Assembly: GCF_009931435.1 (NCBI RefSeq)
Contig: NZ_CP043414.1
DNA: 64,000 nucleotides
Strand: one strand, 5' to 3'
DNA from: Escherichia coli
Lineage (GTDB): Bacteria; Pseudomonadota; Gammaproteobacteria; Enterobacterales; Enterobacteriaceae
In this document: one piece after another, positions 61,369 through 64,000 of the stretch
Layout: the number at the start of each line of letters is the position of its first letter
Position numbering within the stretch: the stretch's first letter is position 1
Position numbers and translations under genes: made by a program
The notes under the pieces: generated by a model
The model's input: the letters and a program-made list of their open reading frames with translations, nothing else
The model's database searches: none
Told to the model about the DNA's origin: nothing

Positions 61369-61695
61369 TTAATGGCGGTGTCCATGTCCGCGGCCTTTTC
61401 CGCGATGATCGTCACGATCGCGCCAGCCTTCACGATAGCCACGCTCATAAGCTTTACGCTTATCCCAGCCACGGTGGTAGCCATTATCATGACGCCACCA
61501 GCGGTTTTTACGCCATTCATAATTGCGATGCCAGTAGTCACGGTCGCGCCAGTGACCACCGTCCCAGTAATTACCGTAATGATCGCGATCGCCAATTTGT
61601 AATTTGATTGATGGCAGTAGGGTGATTTCACCTGCGTTTGCCACAAGTGGGGTAAATGCCATCAGGGCGGCCGCCAGAAACAGTGACCTGAACAT
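61369..61695 (-). CDS. ypeC: secreted His/Arg/Trp-rich small protein YpeC
   Basis: 108 aa with signal peptide and repetitive R/D/W/H-rich mature part. Confidence 0.8.
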   Translation of the reverse strand: MFRSLFLAAALMAFTPLVANAGEITLLPSIKLQIGDRDHYGNYWDGGHWRDRDYWHRNYEWRKNRWWRHDNGYHRGWDKRKAYERGYREGWRDRDDHRGKGRGHGHRH

Positions 61696-61809
61696 TGTTA
61701 TTCTCCTTCACGATCGAAGCCGTCAGCGGCCTGTTAACGCAATATTACGGGGAGGTAAAGCCCCGTATCATCGCCATAACTCTTAAATCATAAAGGAGAG
61801 CATTTTTTG

Positions 61810-63066
61810 CTAAATGTTATCGTGAGGTGGCTGTTGCTTCGGACGATTGACCATCATCATCGGCTTACCGGCTAATAACAGCCATGCAGGAAGCATGACG
61901 ATACAGAGCAGCGGTAGCAATGTGGTGTTAGGGACAACAACCGCAGCCATAAATAGACTTAACCAGCCATCGCGTGTTACCACCAGCACGATGCCGAGAA
62001 TAGCGCAGGAAACGGTTATTGCCGCTGGAACGGCGGGAACGTGCTCATGCAGCATCAATCCTAATGCCACGCCGACAAACACTGCCGGGAATATTCGCCC
62101 ACCGCGAAAGCCGCTGGCGGCAGCAACCACGAGAGCGGCAAGTTTAATCACTGCCAGCAAAAAGTAATCGCTGGTGCTGAAAGCCTGATTTGCCACCATC
62201 TGCTGCATCTCATCCAGCCCTTTAAATAGCGAAACCGGTCCAGCAATAACCCCCAGAATACCGAGAATAAATCCGCCAACTCCCAGCATTAGCACCGGAT
62301 TTTTAATCTGATGCATCATCGCGTGCAACCGTGGCAGACACCATACGGCAACCATCCCTGCTGCGATGGCAATAGCCGCCACAATTGCACCGCTGAGAAT
62401 ATCGGTCATCTCCATCTGCCCATAATGCGCAATGGGCAGTGAAAAATGAGGATGGAAAAATAATCCGGTAGTAAGTGCACCAGCTGCTGCCGCCATTAAC
62501 GGCGCAAAGAGACGGTCCCATAGCGGAACCTCATTACTGCCATTTAAGGTTTGCGAAAATATCAACGCCGCCGCAACAGGTGTGCCAAACAGCGCGCCGA
62601 TGGTTCCGGCAGAGGCTAAAATAGTCCATTCCATCCGGTTGACGCGTGGTAACAGACGAGCGCCTATCGCAACCGCAAGGGCGATATTGACGGTCATGAT
62701 CGGATGTTCCGGCCCGAGACTGACGCCGCCAGCAAGACCAAGAATTAATGCTACGATAAGTCCTGGTAGCGCAGAGGGCGGAACGGGTGCGCCGATCAGC
62801 GGTTCACAGGCGGGGTCTGGCCCGGCATGCCCCTGGCTGAAACGGATAACCAACCCCACCGCAATACCTGTTAGCGTTAATATGGCGATGATCCAGAAAG
62901 GTGAATCCTGGGCTATCCCCAGAGTTCCCGGCAGTCGTTGCCAGAGCAGAGTCTGTAATACCGAGGCGATTTTCATCACCACAATCAGAATAAGACTGGA
63001 CGCAATCCCAATTGCCACGGCGGGGAGTGATAATAACAACATGGTTCTGGCTCGCGGATGGAGCAT
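61810..63066 (-). CDS. yfeO: ClC-family-like putative ion channel protein YfeO
   Basis: 418 aa polytopic membrane protein. Confidence 0.85.
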   Translation of the reverse strand: MLHPRARTMLLLSLPAVAIGIASSLILIVVMKIASVLQTLLWQRLPGTLGIAQDSPFWIIAILTLTGIAVGLVIRFSQGHAGPDPACEPLIGAPVPPSALPGLIVALILGLAGGVSLGPEHPIMTVNIALAVAIGARLLPRVNRMEWTILASAGTIGALFGTPVAAALIFSQTLNGSNEVPLWDRLFAPLMAAAAGALTTGLFFHPHFSLPIAHYGQMEMTDILSGAIVAAIAIAAGMVAVWCLPRLHAMMHQIKNPVLMLGVGGFILGILGVIAGPVSLFKGLDEMQQMVANQAFSTSDYFLLAVIKLAALVVAAASGFRGGRIFPAVFVGVALGLMLHEHVPAVPAAITVSCAILGIVLVVTRDGWLSLFMAAVVVPNTTLLPLLCIVMLPAWLLLAGKPMMMVNRPKQQPPHDNI

Positions 63067-63269
63067 GGTCTATTCCTTATGCGGGGTCAGATACTTAGTT
63101 TGCCCAGCTTGCAAAAAGGCATCGCTGCAATTGGTGCTGAAACGATAAAGTAATTGTGTGACCCAGATCGATATTTACAGGGAGCCTGCCTTTCCGGCGT
63201 TGTTGTTATGCCCCCAGGTATTTACAGTGTGAGAAAGAATTATTTTGACTTTAGCGGAGCAGTTGAAGA

Positions 63270-64000
63270 ATGACAAAGTATGCATTAGTCGGTGATGTGG
63301 GCGGCACCAACGCACGTCTTGCTCTGTGTGATATTGCCAGTGGTGAAATCTCGCAGGCTAAGACCTATTCAGGGCTTGATTACCCGAGCCTCGAAGCGGT
63401 TATTCGCGTTTATCTTGAAGAACATAATGTCGAGGTGCAAGACGGCTGTATCGCCATCGCGTGCCCAATTACCGGTGACTGGGTGGCAATGACCAACCAT
63501 ACCTGGGCGTTCTCAATTGCCGAAATGAAAAAGAATCTCGGTTTTAGCCATCTGGAAATTATTAACGATTTTACCGCTGTATCGATGGCGATCCCGATGC
63601 TGAAAAAAGAGCATCTGATTCAGTTTGGTGGCGCAGAACCGGTCGAAGGTAAGCCTATTGCGGTTTACGGTGCCGGAACGGGGCTTGGGGTTGCGCATTT
63701 GGTCCATGTCGATAAGCGTTGGGTAAGCTTGCCAGGCGAAGGTGGTCACGTTGATTTTGCGCCGAATAGTGAAGAAGAGGCCATTATCCTCGAAATACTG
63801 CGTGCAGAAATTGGTCATGTTTCGGCAGAGCGCGTGCTTTCTGGTCCTGGGCTGGTGAATTTGTATCGCGCGATTGTGAAAGCCGACAACCGCCTGCCAG
63901 AAAATCTCAAGCCAAAAGATATTACCGAACGTGCGCTGGCTGACAGCTGCACCGATTGCCGCCGCGCGTTGTCGCTGTTTTGCGTCATTATGGGCCGTTT
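63270..64000 (+). CDS. glk: glucokinase, N-terminal ~243 codons; gene continues beyond window end
   Basis: ATG at 63270; [21 protein letters not shown]... ROK/glucokinase ATP-binding N-terminus; open to end of window. Confidence 0.88.
   Translation, partial: MTKYALVGDVGGTNARLALCDIASGEISQAKTYSGLDYPSLEAVIRVYLEEHNVEVQDGCIAIACPITGDWVAMTNHTWAFSIAEMKKNLGFSHLEIINDFTAVSMAIPMLKKEHLIQFGGAEPVEGKPIAVYGAGTGLGVAHLVHVDKRWVSLPGEGGHVDFAPNSEEEAIILEILRAEIGHVSAERVLSGPGLVNLYRAIVKADNRLPENLKPKDITERALADSCTDCRRALSLFCVIMGR

Overview
This window reads as an Escherichia coli-type chromosomal segment in conserved core-genome order: talA (5' end), maeB, a complete uninterrupted 17-gene ethanolamine-utilisation operon (eutSPQTDMNEJGHABCLK plus eutR), hemF, amiA, ypeA-yfeZ-yfeY-yfeX, yfeW, murP-murQ/murR, ucpA, cysPUWA, cysM, yfeK, pdxK, crr-ptsI-ptsH, cysK, cysZ, zipA, ligA, ypeB, yfeH, yfeN, xapA-xapB-xapR, a valU-valX-valY-lysV tRNA operon, gltX, yfeD-yfeC, two tRNA-Ala genes, yfeA, nupC, mntH, ypeC, yfeO and the start of glk. 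Gene identities come from reading the supplied translations against remembered protein families; no database search was run. Two accessory insertions stand out against this backbone. The first (about 17.9-19.7 kb, between eutR and hemF) carries a DUF1963/YwqG-like gene split by a single in-frame TAG, followed by an AT-rich gene for a small three-helix membrane protein. The second (about 46.8-49.5 kb, between yfeN and xapA) carries an extra NupG-like nucleoside permease and a protein with two tandem nucleoside 2-deoxyribosyltransferase-like domains, closed by its own terminator. I consider the second the best candidate for an undescribed functional module, probably nucleoside-related. REP/BIME repeats, several intrinsic terminators and the mntH MntR/Fur operators are also visible. 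No IS element, integrase or CRISPR array was found.
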